Of a stretch of DNA of 64,000 bases, positions 45,061 through 54,277 are shown piece by piece; positions within the stretch are counted from its first letter, which is position 1; every line of letters starts with the position of its first letter. The stretch is from the NCBI GenBank assembly GCA_963809535.1, contig CAWEJW010000003.1:116031-180030 (forward strand), in the 5' to 3' direction. The stretch comes from an uncultured Actinomycetes bacterium (lineage in GTDB: Bacteria > Actinomycetota > Coriobacteriia > Anaerosomatales > CAVRZR01). The notes beneath the pieces were generated by a model. It did no database searches and was not told the DNA's origin. It saw only the letters and a list, made by a program, of their open reading frames with translations. Position numbers and translations under genes: made by a program.

Positions 45061-45576
45061 ATGGTCGAGATGTACCGGTGCAAGGGGTGTGGATACTTCC
45101 ACGTTGGCCCCGCGCCCGACAAGTGCCCGGTGTGCGGCGCCTCCAAGGCGATGTTCGTCAACTACGACGGCCCGGGCGACCTGACCGGGTCCAAGACGCT
45201 CGAGAATCTCAAGGCCGCATTCGCTGGAGAGTCCCAGGCCAACAGGCGCTACACCTTGTTCGGGCGGGTTGCCGAACTCGAGGGAGCACCGGCTTCAGCG
45301 ATCGCCGCGTTCGACCGCGCCGGCACGGAGGAGACGGCCCACGCCCTCGGACATCTCGCGTACATGGGGTCCGTCGGCACAACTACCGAGAACTTGCGCG
45401 CGGCTGCCGAGGGTGAGAGGTACGAGACCGTCGACATGTACCCCGCCTTCGCCGAGACCGCTGAGGCGGAAGGCTATCCGGAGATCGCCTTCTACTTCCG
45501 CTCCGTGGGACGATTCGAGAACGAGCATCGCAAGGAGTACCTCGACGCCCTGGAGGAGCTCGAGCCGGAGGCGTGA
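45061..45576 (+). CDS. rbr: Reverse rubrerythrin (N-terminal rubredoxin-like Cys4 + ferritin-like diiron domain)
   Basis: CKGCGYFH...CPVCGASK at the N-terminus, then ExxH-type diiron helices (AGESQANRRY, EETAHALGH, AEGERYE, ENEHRKEY). Confidence 0.88.
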   Translation: MVEMYRCKGCGYFHVGPAPDKCPVCGASKAMFVNYDGPGDLTGSKTLENLKAAFAGESQANRRYTLFGRVAELEGAPASAIAAFDRAGTEETAHALGHLAYMGSVGTTTENLRAAAEGERYETVDMYPAFAETAEAEGYPEIAFYFRSVGRFENEHRKEYLDALEELEPEA

Positions 45577-46619
45577 GCTGGCCGAAGGAAGCCCTCGGCA
45601 TCAAGGGTCTTGGGCGTGCGGAGATAGCCGACCTGCTCGCGGACCTCGAGGCACCACGCTACCGAACGTCGCAGGTCGTCAAATGGCTCTACGCCCGGGG
45701 CGTCCATTCCTTTGACGAGATGACAGACCTGCCGGCGAGTCTGCGCACCCGTCTCTCGGACATACAGGCTCTCCCGGTGCCGACGATCGAGCAGCGGCAA
45801 ACCTCGCGTATCGACGACACACGCAAGTACCTCTTCGAGCTCGCCGACGGCGAGCTGGTAGAGGCCGTCGGCCTTCCTTTTGGCGACCGCCTCACCGTCT
45901 GCTTCTCGACCCAGGCCGGCTGTGCAATGGGGTGCGCGTTTTGCGCCACCGGCGCAGCCGGCTATGTGCGTGATCTCGGGCCGGGCGAGATGGTCGATCA
46001 GGTACGGCTCGTCGCTGAGGACTACGGCCGACGAGCCTCCAACGCCGTCGCGATGGGGCAGGGAGAACCCTTCGTCAACTATGACGCCGTCCTTGCCGGC
46101 CTACGCCTCATGAACGACCCCGATGCGCTCGGCATCGGCGCGCGCCACCTCACCGTCTCGACGTGCGGCATCGTCGCCGGCATCGGGCGCTTTGCGCAGG
46201 AGCTCGAGCAGTTCACGCTTGCCGTTTCCCTCCATTCGGCCGTCCAGGCCACGAGAGACCGTCTGATGCCCGGTGTTCGCGGCGTGCCTCTGCCTCAGCT
46301 GCGCGCGGCGCTCGCCGACTACGGCGAGAAGACCGGGCGGAGGCCGAGCCTTGAGTACGCGTTGATCGAGGGCGTGAACGACACGGACGCGGAGCTCGCC
46401 GCGCTCGTAGAGTTCGCCCGCGGCATGCTCGTCCACGTGAACTTGATCCCGGCCAATCTCGTGCGCGGTCTCGCCTTCCAGCGTTCACCAGCCGAGCGCG
46501 CGCGCATCTTCGAGAGCGGGCTAGCACGCGCGGGCGTCGAGGCGTCGGTACGAGCCGAGAGAGGATCCGACATCGACGCCGCCTGCGGTCAGCTCAGGCA
46601 GCGAGCGCGGTCCGACTAG
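45573..46619 (+). CDS. rlmN: 23S rRNA/tRNA (adenine-C2)-methyltransferase RlmN (radical SAM)
   Basis: YRTSQVVKWLY N-terminus, radical SAM CAMGCAFCATG, C-terminal GSDIDAACGQL. GTG overlaps the rubrerythrin TGA (GTGA). Confidence 0.93.
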   Translation: MSWPKEALGIKGLGRAEIADLLADLEAPRYRTSQVVKWLYARGVHSFDEMTDLPASLRTRLSDIQALPVPTIEQRQTSRIDDTRKYLFELADGELVEAVGLPFGDRLTVCFSTQAGCAMGCAFCATGAAGYVRDLGPGEMVDQVRLVAEDYGRRASNAVAMGQGEPFVNYDAVLAGLRLMNDPDALGIGARHLTVSTCGIVAGIGRFAQELEQFTLAVSLHSAVQATRDRLMPGVRGVPLPQLRAALADYGEKTGRRPSLEYALIEGVNDTDAELAALVEFARGMLVHVNLIPANLVRGLAFQRSPAERARIFESGLARAGVEASVRAERGSDIDAACGQLRQRARSD

Positions 46620-46655
46620 CCTCGGCTGGCCGAGCGCCTCCCAAAGCCGTCAGCA

Positions 46656-47915
46656 TCACGACGTCGAGGGTCTCCGCCGACGGCCGGCGGCTTCCCGCCG
46701 GGGCGCTTGCACGGGACACAAGTTGCCGAGCGCCGGACACTCCCGACACGTACGTTGGCCGTAGCTCAGCCGAGGCTCGAATGAACCGTCGGCGATCGAC
46801 GAGATGATCCCGTCGATCCGCGACCGCAGTGCGGCCAGCTCGTCCCTGCTATACGAGAAGCGCTTCTCGCTCGCGCCTGCCTCGGGTTTGAAGAAGACGA
46901 CCTCGGCGTCCTCCACCGAGGGCATTGCCTCGAAGACGGCGAGGGCATAGCACACTGATTGAAGCTGCCACCGCTCGATCGCGTCCGACGTAGTCTCGGC
47001 CGTACCGGTCTTGTAGTCGACCACGTGCGCGCGGTGCCCCGTCAGCGCGATCAGGTCCATGGCTCCGTTCAGTGTTGTGCCGTTCACGTCGACGCCGAAG
47101 GGCGCCTCGCGAAGGACCGTCGAGGCGCCGAGGACCTCACGCGCCAGAGGACTGTCAAGAAAGGACTGGGCGGCACCACGCACGCGCTCGAGGGCCACGT
47201 CGTCGAGTCCCAGTCGCTCTCCAATCGCCTTGAGCCGGTCTGCGGGAGGAATGTCGGGGCCTGCAAGCCGCAGCGCCTGATGGACTGCGGTGCCCACGGC
47301 TCGCGCACTCTCCGGCTCGTCGATCTCCTCAAAGGTACCTACCTTGGCAACGTACGTGGCGTAGTAGCGATATGGGCAGTCAACGTAGGCCTGGAGGCCC
47401 GTGTACGAGATCCTTACCGGTCGCGCATGCAGCTGGTCCGGCTCTTTGGCATCAACGACGTCGTGGTCTGCCGCCGGCGACTCGATACCGTGAACGCACG
47501 CCGCCGTCCGTCGGACGTCCTCGAGGACGGGTCCGCAACGGGGGGTCGCACGTTCCACCCGGATCGTCGCGCTGCCCAACCGCGCGTAGAACGACGTGGT
47601 GCCGTCCTCATCGTTGACATCGTCGCCGCCCTCCGTGGCGCGCGCGTCCTCTGACGTCTCGGCAGCACCTCCGCCGATGCGAATGCCCGCCGCCTGCAGG
47701 ATCCAGCCGATGGGCCGATCGGCAGGTATCTCCTTCTGCGAGTCCACGACCGAGAACATCGCGAGCGCCTGGGTGGCACGGGTACACGCGACGTACAGGA
47801 CGCGCTTGGCTTCCTCCAACTCGCGTGCGGCCCGCCACTCGCGGACGGCGACAGAGGACGCCGTATCGCGGCATCCCGTGTACTCTTCGCCGTGTCGGAA
47901 GGCGCACCGCGAGGG
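46656..47915 (-). CDS. addA: AddA-like helicase-nuclease, C-terminal part (motif VI + RecB-type nuclease), in a different frame from the N-terminal part
   Basis: The frame is open from 47915: AFRHGEEYTG...ELEEAKRVLYVACTRA (UvrD motif VI). Nuclease domain has CPYRYY ... VVDYKTG ... CRECPALGNLC. The ORF track starts at internal TTG 47819. Confidence 0.7.
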   Translation of the reverse strand, partial: PSRCAFRHGEEYTGCRDTASSVAVREWRAARELEEAKRVLYVACTRATQALAMFSVVDSQKEIPADRPIGWILQAAGIRIGGGAAETSEDARATEGGDDVNDEDGTTSFYARLGSATIRVERATPRCGPVLEDVRRTAACVHGIESPAADHDVVDAKEPDQLHARPVRISYTGLQAYVDCPYRYYATYVAKVGTFEEIDEPESARAVGTAVHQALRLAGPDIPPADRLKAIGERLGLDDVALERVRGAAQSFLDSPLAREVLGASTVLREAPFGVDVNGTTLNGAMDLIALTGHRAHVVDYKTGTAETTSDAIERWQLQSVCYALAVFEAMPSVEDAEVVFFKPEAGASEKRFSYSRDELAALRSRIDGIISSIADGSFEPRLSYGQRTCRECPALGNLCPVQAPRREAAGRRRRPSTS

Positions 47916-50145
47916 TCAGATGATCGTTCGGGCTCCCGCAGTCGAACGTCGGAACGACGTGTGGCGGCTGATTGCCGAGCTCAGGCAGTGCCACCACAGG
48001 GAATTCGAGGCCCTTGGCCGCGTGCACGCTCATGATCCTCACCGCGTCCACTTCCTCGGCCGCGATCGCGGCCTGCTGTTCGTAGCGCTTGTGGCGGCGT
48101 CGCTGCGCGAGGTGCTCGAGGAAGGCGCTTGGATCACCGGGGGTGAGCCGCTCGTATTCATCGGCCAAACGGGCGAACTTGAGGACATTTGCCCACGCCC
48201 TCGGCTGCCCAGCGGCCAGGAGCGTCAGGTCGTAATCGAGGCGCTCGCACGCGCGATGAATGAGATCGTAGAGGGATGTGCGGCCGGCGTCCTCGCGAAG
48301 CTCGGTGATGACGTCGACCATCCGCCCGAGGGCCACCTCGTCGGCATCCGCAAGCGCCAAGCGGGCTGGATCCTTCGCCGCCTCCCACAGACTCCGTCTG
48401 GCGGCGCCATGCGAGCCGGCCGCGGCGCTCCTCAACAGATAGAGAGCATCGTCGGAGACGTTCGCCATTCTCCCGCACAGCAGCCTCGCGAAGGCTTCGT
48501 CGTCCCGGGTGTTGGCGAAGGTCCGTAGCAGCGCCTCGACCTCCTCGGCCTCGGGCGTATCGAAGAAGCTCCCGCCGGAAGCCACGTAGACGTCGAATCC
48601 TCGAGCTCTGAGAGCGCTCTCGAACGTCTCCGCGCGCGTCATCGCACGCAGAAGGACGACGAAATCCTCCTGCCGCATCCCAGCGTCGCGGAGCGTCTCG
48701 AAGTAGTCCGCGACCGCCTCGGCCTCGGCGGTGGCCTTGCCGATGTCCGCGCACTCTCCGGCATCGAGCAACGTCAACTGCACGCGCCGGAAGCCTTCAG
48801 GCCAGGGATCTTCGTTCTCGGGGTCGCTCTCCGAATCGGGCACCCCGACCTCCAGTCGCATACCGGCAGCGGGCCAGAAGGGCTCGGCGGCGAAGAGCTC
48901 GTTGAACAGCGCCACGAGTTCCGGATGGGACCGGAAGTTCTCGGGCAACGTGTAGGTCCGCTCGTCGCCGAGCTCACTTTGCCGTCGGCGAAACACCTCG
49001 ACATCGGCGTTGCGCCAGCCGTAGATGGACTGCCTCTCGTCGCCGACCGTAGCCAGGGCCTCGCCAGCAAGCTCCGAGACGACCGAGAGTTGCAGTTCGT
49101 TCGTGTCCTGGAATTCATCGACCATGACCTCGCTCAAGAGCGAGTCGTAGTGCCGCACGAGTCCCGGCCGGTCACGTAGAAGGTCGCGCGCCTTGAGCTG
49201 CAGGTCCTCGAAGTCGAGCACGCCTGCCTTCTCCTTCGCCAGCGCGTACTCGGCGGAGAAGCGCTCGAGCAGCTCGAGGAAGGCGGCAGCGTAGCCATCC
49301 GACGCACGTCCCGCCGCAGCGTCGCGCAGGACTGCGGCTCGTTCCTCTGCCTCGCGCGCGAGCGGCTTGGCGCACGCTCGACAGCCCTTGTTCTGCGTGA
49401 AGTTCGACAGGGCGCCGAGTACGGCGAGCCCGCACTCGGGGTCGCCCGCGTCGACTCGCTCGAGCGCACGCACGAGAGAGGCCAGCTGTTGGATGTTCTT
49501 CTCTTCCGTCACCCCTCGCCCGCTGAGGGTGAGCATCTCTGCGAGGACCGACTGCAGGTCGTCCTTCGCACTGGTGAGGGGGCCCGTCAGATCGGTCTCG
49601 ACGTACTCGAGCGCGTCGGTCTTCAGCCCGAGGCAGCGGACGTGCTCGTACACCGACGAGATACCTGCTTCGAGCTCACCAACGTCGTAGTCTGCGAGGA
49701 GTCTTTCGACCCGCTCCGAGCCCGATAGTGCGTCGAGTGCGCTTTCGAACGCCTCCTGTTTGAGGACGCCCGACCGCACCTCGTCGCACACGGTGAATTG
49801 GGGGTCGAGTCCAGCCTCGAAGGCATGCCGTTTCAGCAGCCGCCCGCACAGGCCATGGATCGTTGACACCCACGCCGTCTCGGCATCGCGAGCTATCTCA
49901 ACACCGACCTCGTGAGCGAGGGATCCGCGTATGCGTTGTGAGAGTTCGCCTGCAGCCTTCTCCGTGAAGGTTATCGCGATGAGACTGTCGAGTGGCCGTG
50001 GCTGCTGGGCGATGCGCTGTTCGTCGACGAGCCGGACGAAACGCGCGGTCAGCACCCGCGTCTTGCCCGATCCCGCCGCCGCCGAAATGAACAGGCCGCC
50101 TCGGGGGGCATTCACTGCCGCTGATTGATGCTGGCTCAGGCTCAC
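47608..50145 (-). CDS. addA: AddA-like UvrD/PcrA-type helicase, N-terminal part (true coding likely ends near 47905, where the frame breaks)
   Basis: ISAAAGSGKTRVLTARF Walker A; VDEFQDTN; SVHAAKGLEFPVV. GTG 50145 overlaps the addB TGA (GTGA). Residues after ...DHLTLAVR look non-protein-like. Confidence 0.8.
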   Translation of the reverse strand: MSLSQHQSAAVNAPRGGLFISAAAGSGKTRVLTARFVRLVDEQRIAQQPRPLDSLIAITFTEKAAGELSQRIRGSLAHEVGVEIARDAETAWVSTIHGLCGRLLKRHAFEAGLDPQFTVCDEVRSGVLKQEAFESALDALSGSERVERLLADYDVGELEAGISSVYEHVRCLGLKTDALEYVETDLTGPLTSAKDDLQSVLAEMLTLSGRGVTEEKNIQQLASLVRALERVDAGDPECGLAVLGALSNFTQNKGCRACAKPLAREAEERAAVLRDAAAGRASDGYAAAFLELLERFSAEYALAKEKAGVLDFEDLQLKARDLLRDRPGLVRHYDSLLSEVMVDEFQDTNELQLSVVSELAGEALATVGDERQSIYGWRNADVEVFRRRQSELGDERTYTLPENFRSHPELVALFNELFAAEPFWPAAGMRLEVGVPDSESDPENEDPWPEGFRRVQLTLLDAGECADIGKATAEAEAVADYFETLRDAGMRQEDFVVLLRAMTRAETFESALRARGFDVYVASGGSFFDTPEAEEVEALLRTFANTRDDEAFARLLCGRMANVSDDALYLLRSAAAGSHGAARRSLWEAAKDPARLALADADEVALGRMVDVITELREDAGRTSLYDLIHRACERLDYDLTLLAAGQPRAWANVLKFARLADEYERLTPGDPSAFLEHLAQRRRHKRYEQQAAIAAEEVDAVRIMSVHAAKGLEFPVVALPELGNQPPHVVPTFDCGSPNDHLTLAVRLPTRRRVHGMPRYGVLCRRPRVAGRTRVGGSQARPVRRVYPCHPGARDVLGRGLAEGDTCRSAHRLDPAGGGHSHRRRCCRDVRGRARHGGRRRCQR

Positions 50146-53057
50146 AGGCTCTCGCTCCCGCACAACCGGCGGATGCGGCATCGCTGACACGCTTTCGGAT
50201 CGAGGGGGTCGGCTGCGATGCGCGCTGCCCGCATGCCGGCCACCGCCTCCAGAGCCCGCCGCTCAGCGTCACTCACGATCTCATCTACCTCGTCGCGGCT
50301 CATCAAGTCCGTGGAGACCAGCCCCGGTCCTTCAGCGGATTCTCGGAAGAAGAAGCCGCGATTCTGTGACATCGCGACGTTCTGTGATGAGACACGCCGA
50401 TACAGAGCGCCGACTACGGGAGCGCCGCGATCCGCCTCTACGATTCGCGCGTAGAGCGCGAGTTGCAGCAGACCCGACGCCGCGAACTTGGTGGCAGAAT
50501 GACCCGATCCGACGTGGCCGGTCTTGTAGTCGGTCACGACGAGCTCGCCGTCCGGACCTCGGTCGATGCGATCGATCCGCCCCCGCAGTTGAAAGCCTGA
50601 GAACAGCGAGGGATCGGGATCGAACTCGAACTCGTGGGCCACCGGAACGAAGTCGGGAAGGAAGTGCGCCTCGGCACGCAGAAAGCCGAACACCCTTCGG
50701 CGAACGGAGGCGCGAACAGCTCGCTGATCGAGACTCGTCTGCTCGCCTTCGGCGTCGCTGATCTCACACATGACCTGATCCGCGAGGGCAAGGACCGCCG
50801 TAAGGTTGCCCGGCGTTACTCTTGTCTCGTCGATCGCCTCAGACAGCCGCGTGAAGATCCGGCGAAGAGTCTCGTGGCAGATTCTCCCAAGTTCCATGGC
50901 GTCGGCCTCGGGCTCGAGGGCCTCAGCGCGCACGACGCGTTCGTGGAACCACGCGTACGGGCACTTCAGGTACGTCTCGATCTCTGTCACAGAGAACACC
51001 TGGCGCTCCCGCAGCTCGGCGAGCACTCTCTCGTCGAGGAGTTGCGGTTCGCGCCTGCGCCCCCGCTGGGCGGCGAGCGAGAGGCGCGTAGCGGAGTGCG
51101 TGTCATTCGGTGCCGAACCCGCCAGGGCCGCGGTGCGCAGTGTCCTCCGGATCGACCGCGGAGCGCCCACACACGCCGCCTGGTCCTCGAAGGCCAGGGT
51201 CGTGACCGGCGGCAGTCTGTCGGTCGGCACGTCCTCAACCCTCGGGTCGCGGTACAGGTCGAGCAGCTCCTCGAGGAGCCACGACGCTCGTAGCTCCGAT
51301 CCATCCGAAGCGGCGACCTGCCGGCTCAGCACGAGTCGTTCCGTTGCCCTCGACGCCACCAGATAGAAGGTGAGCCGCGCGAGCTCTCGCTCGTCCTTGC
51401 GATCAACCTCGATCCCCAGGGCGGACAAGGCCGCCGCCATACCGGGCGCGGCCAGCGGATTCTCGGTCCCGGTGCGCGGGAAGTCGCCTGCCGAGAGTCC
51501 GCCGATGATCACGACCCGGAATCGCTGCGACCGCGCGCGGGCGGCCGAAAGCACCCGGACAGCGTCACCATGAGATTCCGGTGAGACGACGATCTCGAGT
51601 CCCGAGAACGCGTCCATGATCTCGTATCCGGTCGCCGAGAGTGTCTCGAGGCGTTCGACTTCAGAGAGGAGGTGCAGGAATCCGCGGTGTGCCGCAGCAT
51701 CAAGTAGCCCTTCAGGGTCCAGTGTCCGACCGCTCGACCCGTACGCGTTCCGCAGCAGCGCCCCTGCCAGATGCTTCCATTTCCTTCCAGTGCCGGCTCG
51801 GTACACGCCCGGCATGAGCTGCGAGATTGCGTCCACGAGCTCGGCGGCCGCCGGGTCGTGGCGACGTAGAGACGCACGAAGTCCGTCGGGTCGATCGATG
51901 CGATAGCGACGCCACGAAGCTTCAGCCTCGTCGACAACGTCCCGAGAGGCGCCCGAATACGGGCTCCGCAGGAATCCGAGCAAGTCTGGCCGCGCGCCGT
52001 CGATGGCGAAGCGCGTGAGGTGCGTCAGCGCCCTGCCCCATCCGGTCTGGCGCGCCCGCCTCACGAAGTCGAAGTCCGCCACTATTCCTGCTTCGCTGAA
52101 CGAGGTCATCAGCGACGGCGCATGCTCAGCGGCCTTCTGGAACACGACCGCGATCTGGCCGCAGGGCACCCCCTGATCGAGTGCCGCCTGCACCTCAGCG
52201 ACGATCCGCTCGGCCTCGGCGTCCTCGCCGTACGCGTACGAGAGGCGCACGTCACCTTGCCGTGGCGCACCGATGGCAGCGTCGGGGGGCAAGAACAGGT
52301 GCGATTCGAGGTACTGCAGTTCCTCGGAGTGCGTGTAGTGACCTGGCGGCTGCTCGACCAGACGCGCTCCAGCCTCAAGCAGCCGAGCCACGAGGGCATC
52401 AAGGGCACGCGTCGCAGCGCAGCCTTCCTCCCAGGGAAGCGACAGCCAGACCTCAGCGCGCTCTGCGGCGCCGACGAGGAAGCGCTCCTGGGCGAGAGTA
52501 AGGTCGGTGAACCGATTCGCAACCACCGGACCAGGAAAGCAGCCTGGATCGAGCAGGCTCTCCAGTCTGCGGACAGCTGTCGCCCGCTCGATCCGATTCG
52601 CCGCGCAAAGCATCCGCCCATACTCGGCGAGGACGCCGGCAATCTCCGTCGCCGCCCCTCGATCGCCCCGTGGAGGAACGATGTCGCGGAACATGTTCGC
52701 CGCGAGCGGCTCGAGCAGCCGGGCAAGGCCGGCGCCGCGCGTCGACTTGGCCAGTACCTCGAGGCCAAATGATTCGACTGCGCCTGCGAGCAGAAGTGCC
52801 CGCTCCGTGGAGCCGACGATGCGACGGCCATCGCCATGTAGTGCCCACAAATCGTCGATGTAGTCGTCGAAGACGGTGGTCGTCACGCCAAGACTCGGCC
52901 CACGCGCCGCGAACTCGCGGCTGACCATCTGAACGTCGGGTCTGGAGGGCAGCAACAGCACGGGCGCGCCGCCGACTGCTACGGAGCGCCGGACAGCGTC
53001 ATAGAGAATGCCCGTCTTGCCGGCGTTGGGCCGGCCTACCACTAGGCTGAGCGGCAT
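50142..53057 (-). CDS. addB: AddB-like helicase-nuclease subunit with an Fe-S PD-(D/E)XK nuclease domain
   Basis: MPLSLVVGRPNAGKTG Walker A. C-terminal nuclease has YLKCPYAWF, VVTDYKTG and CQRCRIRRLC (C...CxxCx5C). Confidence 0.8.
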   Translation of the reverse strand: MPLSLVVGRPNAGKTGILYDAVRRSVAVGGAPVLLLPSRPDVQMVSREFAARGPSLGVTTTVFDDYIDDLWALHGDGRRIVGSTERALLLAGAVESFGLEVLAKSTRGAGLARLLEPLAANMFRDIVPPRGDRGAATEIAGVLAEYGRMLCAANRIERATAVRRLESLLDPGCFPGPVVANRFTDLTLAQERFLVGAAERAEVWLSLPWEEGCAATRALDALVARLLEAGARLVEQPPGHYTHSEELQYLESHLFLPPDAAIGAPRQGDVRLSYAYGEDAEAERIVAEVQAALDQGVPCGQIAVVFQKAAEHAPSLMTSFSEAGIVADFDFVRRARQTGWGRALTHLTRFAIDGARPDLLGFLRSPYSGASRDVVDEAEASWRRYRIDRPDGLRASLRRHDPAAAELVDAISQLMPGVYRAGTGRKWKHLAGALLRNAYGSSGRTLDPEGLLDAAAHRGFLHLLSEVERLETLSATGYEIMDAFSGLEIVVSPESHGDAVRVLSAARARSQRFRVVIIGGLSAGDFPRTGTENPLAAPGMAAALSALGIEVDRKDERELARLTFYLVASRATERLVLSRQVAASDGSELRASWLLEELLDLYRDPRVEDVPTDRLPPVTTLAFEDQAACVGAPRSIRRTLRTAALAGSAPNDTHSATRLSLAAQRGRRREPQLLDERVLAELRERQVFSVTEIETYLKCPYAWFHERVVRAEALEPEADAMELGRICHETLRRIFTRLSEAIDETRVTPGNLTAVLALADQVMCEISDAEGEQTSLDQRAVRASVRRRVFGFLRAEAHFLPDFVPVAHEFEFDPDPSLFSGFQLRGRIDRIDRGPDGELVVTDYKTGHVGSGHSATKFAASGLLQLALYARIVEADRGAPVVGALYRRVSSQNVAMSQNRGFFFRESAEGPGLVSTDLMSRDEVDEIVSDAERRALEAVAGMRAARIAADPLDPKACQRCRIRRLCGSESL

Positions 53058-53080
53058 GCGGTCTTCCTGTTCACACAGAA

Positions 53081-53102
53081 AGCGTACGCTGCCGTTCTGA
53101 CA
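53081..53102 (-). promoter_or_regulatory. PafBC/RecA-NDp-type promoter motif TGTCAGAA-N8-TACGCT upstream of addB
   Basis: Minus-strand reading TGTCAGAA CGGCAGCG TACGCT, then about 17 nt with AGGAAG before ATG 53057. Confidence 0.5.
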
Positions 53103-53399
53103 TCAGGCTGGGTGTACTTCGGTATATCGCTGAACGCCTTCACGCAGCTCGCGGACCTTGCGCCACGCGACTTCCTCATCCCGACCGAGGTAGTGCTCCA
53201 CGCGACCACCGAGCAGTCCCGCCGCCTGTTCGGCACGCTCGGCGAAACCCCTCGCAACGTCGGCCGCGCGCTGCGCTTCGTCGGCTATCCGACGCCGAGT
53301 GCGCCCACCTGGCGCTGGCGCGAACAGGAGACCGATGACCATGCCCACTACCAAGCCTGTGAAGAGCCCGATCGCTAGCATGTTGGCATTCTTCCTCAC
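53103..53399 (-). CDS. YtxH domain protein
   Basis: MLAIGLFTGLVVGMVIGLLFAPAPG TM followed by charged helices. Probable start ATG 53381. Confidence 0.7.
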   Translation of the reverse strand: MRKNANMLAIGLFTGLVVGMVIGLLFAPAPGGRTRRRIADEAQRAADVARGFAERAEQAAGLLGGRVEHYLGRDEEVAWRKVRELREGVQRYTEVHPA

Positions 53400-54277
53400 G
53401 CGCCCACCCCCTGTGTCGTGCCCTGCGGTTCGCCGTCCTTGGTGAGAAGTCGATAGATGCGCTCCAGATCGTCCTCGCCGTGGAACTCTATCTCGATCTT
53501 TCCTTTGTTCCGTGCAATACGCACTCTGACGTTCGTTCCAAGCATCCGTCGCAGCTTTCTCGCCACCAGTTTGAACGACTTCGGCGTGACGGCGCGTGGT
53601 GCGTGAGTAGCATGCCCCGCAGCTACGAGGCGGGCCAGGTTCTCGGTCTCGCGCACGGACAAACCCTCATCGGCTACTCGCTGTGCGAGCTTGAGCCGCC
53701 CCGGCTCATCTCCGATCGTGAGAATCGCTCGTGCATGCCCCGCGCTGATCTTCCCAGCGTACACGAGCTCTTGAACTTCTTCCGGCAGATCCAGCAGACG
53801 CAAGGCGTTTGTGATCGCCGAACGCGACTTGGAGACCTTGTCGGCGAGTTCGGCCTGCGTCATCTGGTGTTCTGCGAGCAGCCGACGATACCCATGGGCC
53901 TCTTCGATCGCGTTCAGGTCTTCGCGCTGCAAGTTCTCGATCAGGGCCAGCTCGAGCGATTCTACCTCCGACGTCGTGAGAACGCGGACCGGAATCCGCT
54001 CCAAGCCGGCGACCTTCGCGGCTCTCCAGCGCCGTTCACCCGCGATGATCTGATAGCCGTCTCCCAAGGGGCGAACGATGATGGGCTGCAGCAGGCCCAC
54101 CTTGCGGATTGAGTCGGCGAGCTCTTGGATAGCGTCTTCGTTCATGTCCGTACGGGGTTGTGCCGGGTTGGGAGCTACCATGTCCAGGGCCAGCTCCACC
54201 GGCTCTGACGTTTGCGATTCCTGGGCTGCATTCGGGATGAGCGCGGACAGGCCACGCCCGAGACCACGCCTAGACAC
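53396..54277 (-). CDS. parB: Chromosome partitioning protein ParB/Spo0J
   Basis: GLGRGLSALI, LLQPIIVRP, ERRWRAAKVAGL, HTH QAELADKVSKSRSAITNALRLL. Confidence 0.93.
   Translation of the reverse strand: MSRRGLGRGLSALIPNAAQESQTSEPVELALDMVAPNPAQPRTDMNEDAIQELADSIRKVGLLQPIIVRPLGDGYQIIAGERRWRAAKVAGLERIPVRVLTTSEVESLELALIENLQREDLNAIEEAHGYRRLLAEHQMTQAELADKVSKSRSAITNALRLLDLPEEVQELVYAGKISAGHARAILTIGDEPGRLKLAQRVADEGLSVRETENLARLVAAGHATHAPRAVTPKSFKLVARKLRRMLGTNVRVRIARNKGKIEIEFHGEDDLERIYRLLTKDGEPQGTTQGVGA

Noticed and set aside
46431-46442. parS-like core GTCCACGTGAAC inside rlmN.
   Set aside because: Only the CACGTG core and a few flanking bases match. The outer TGTT/AACA arms are absent.
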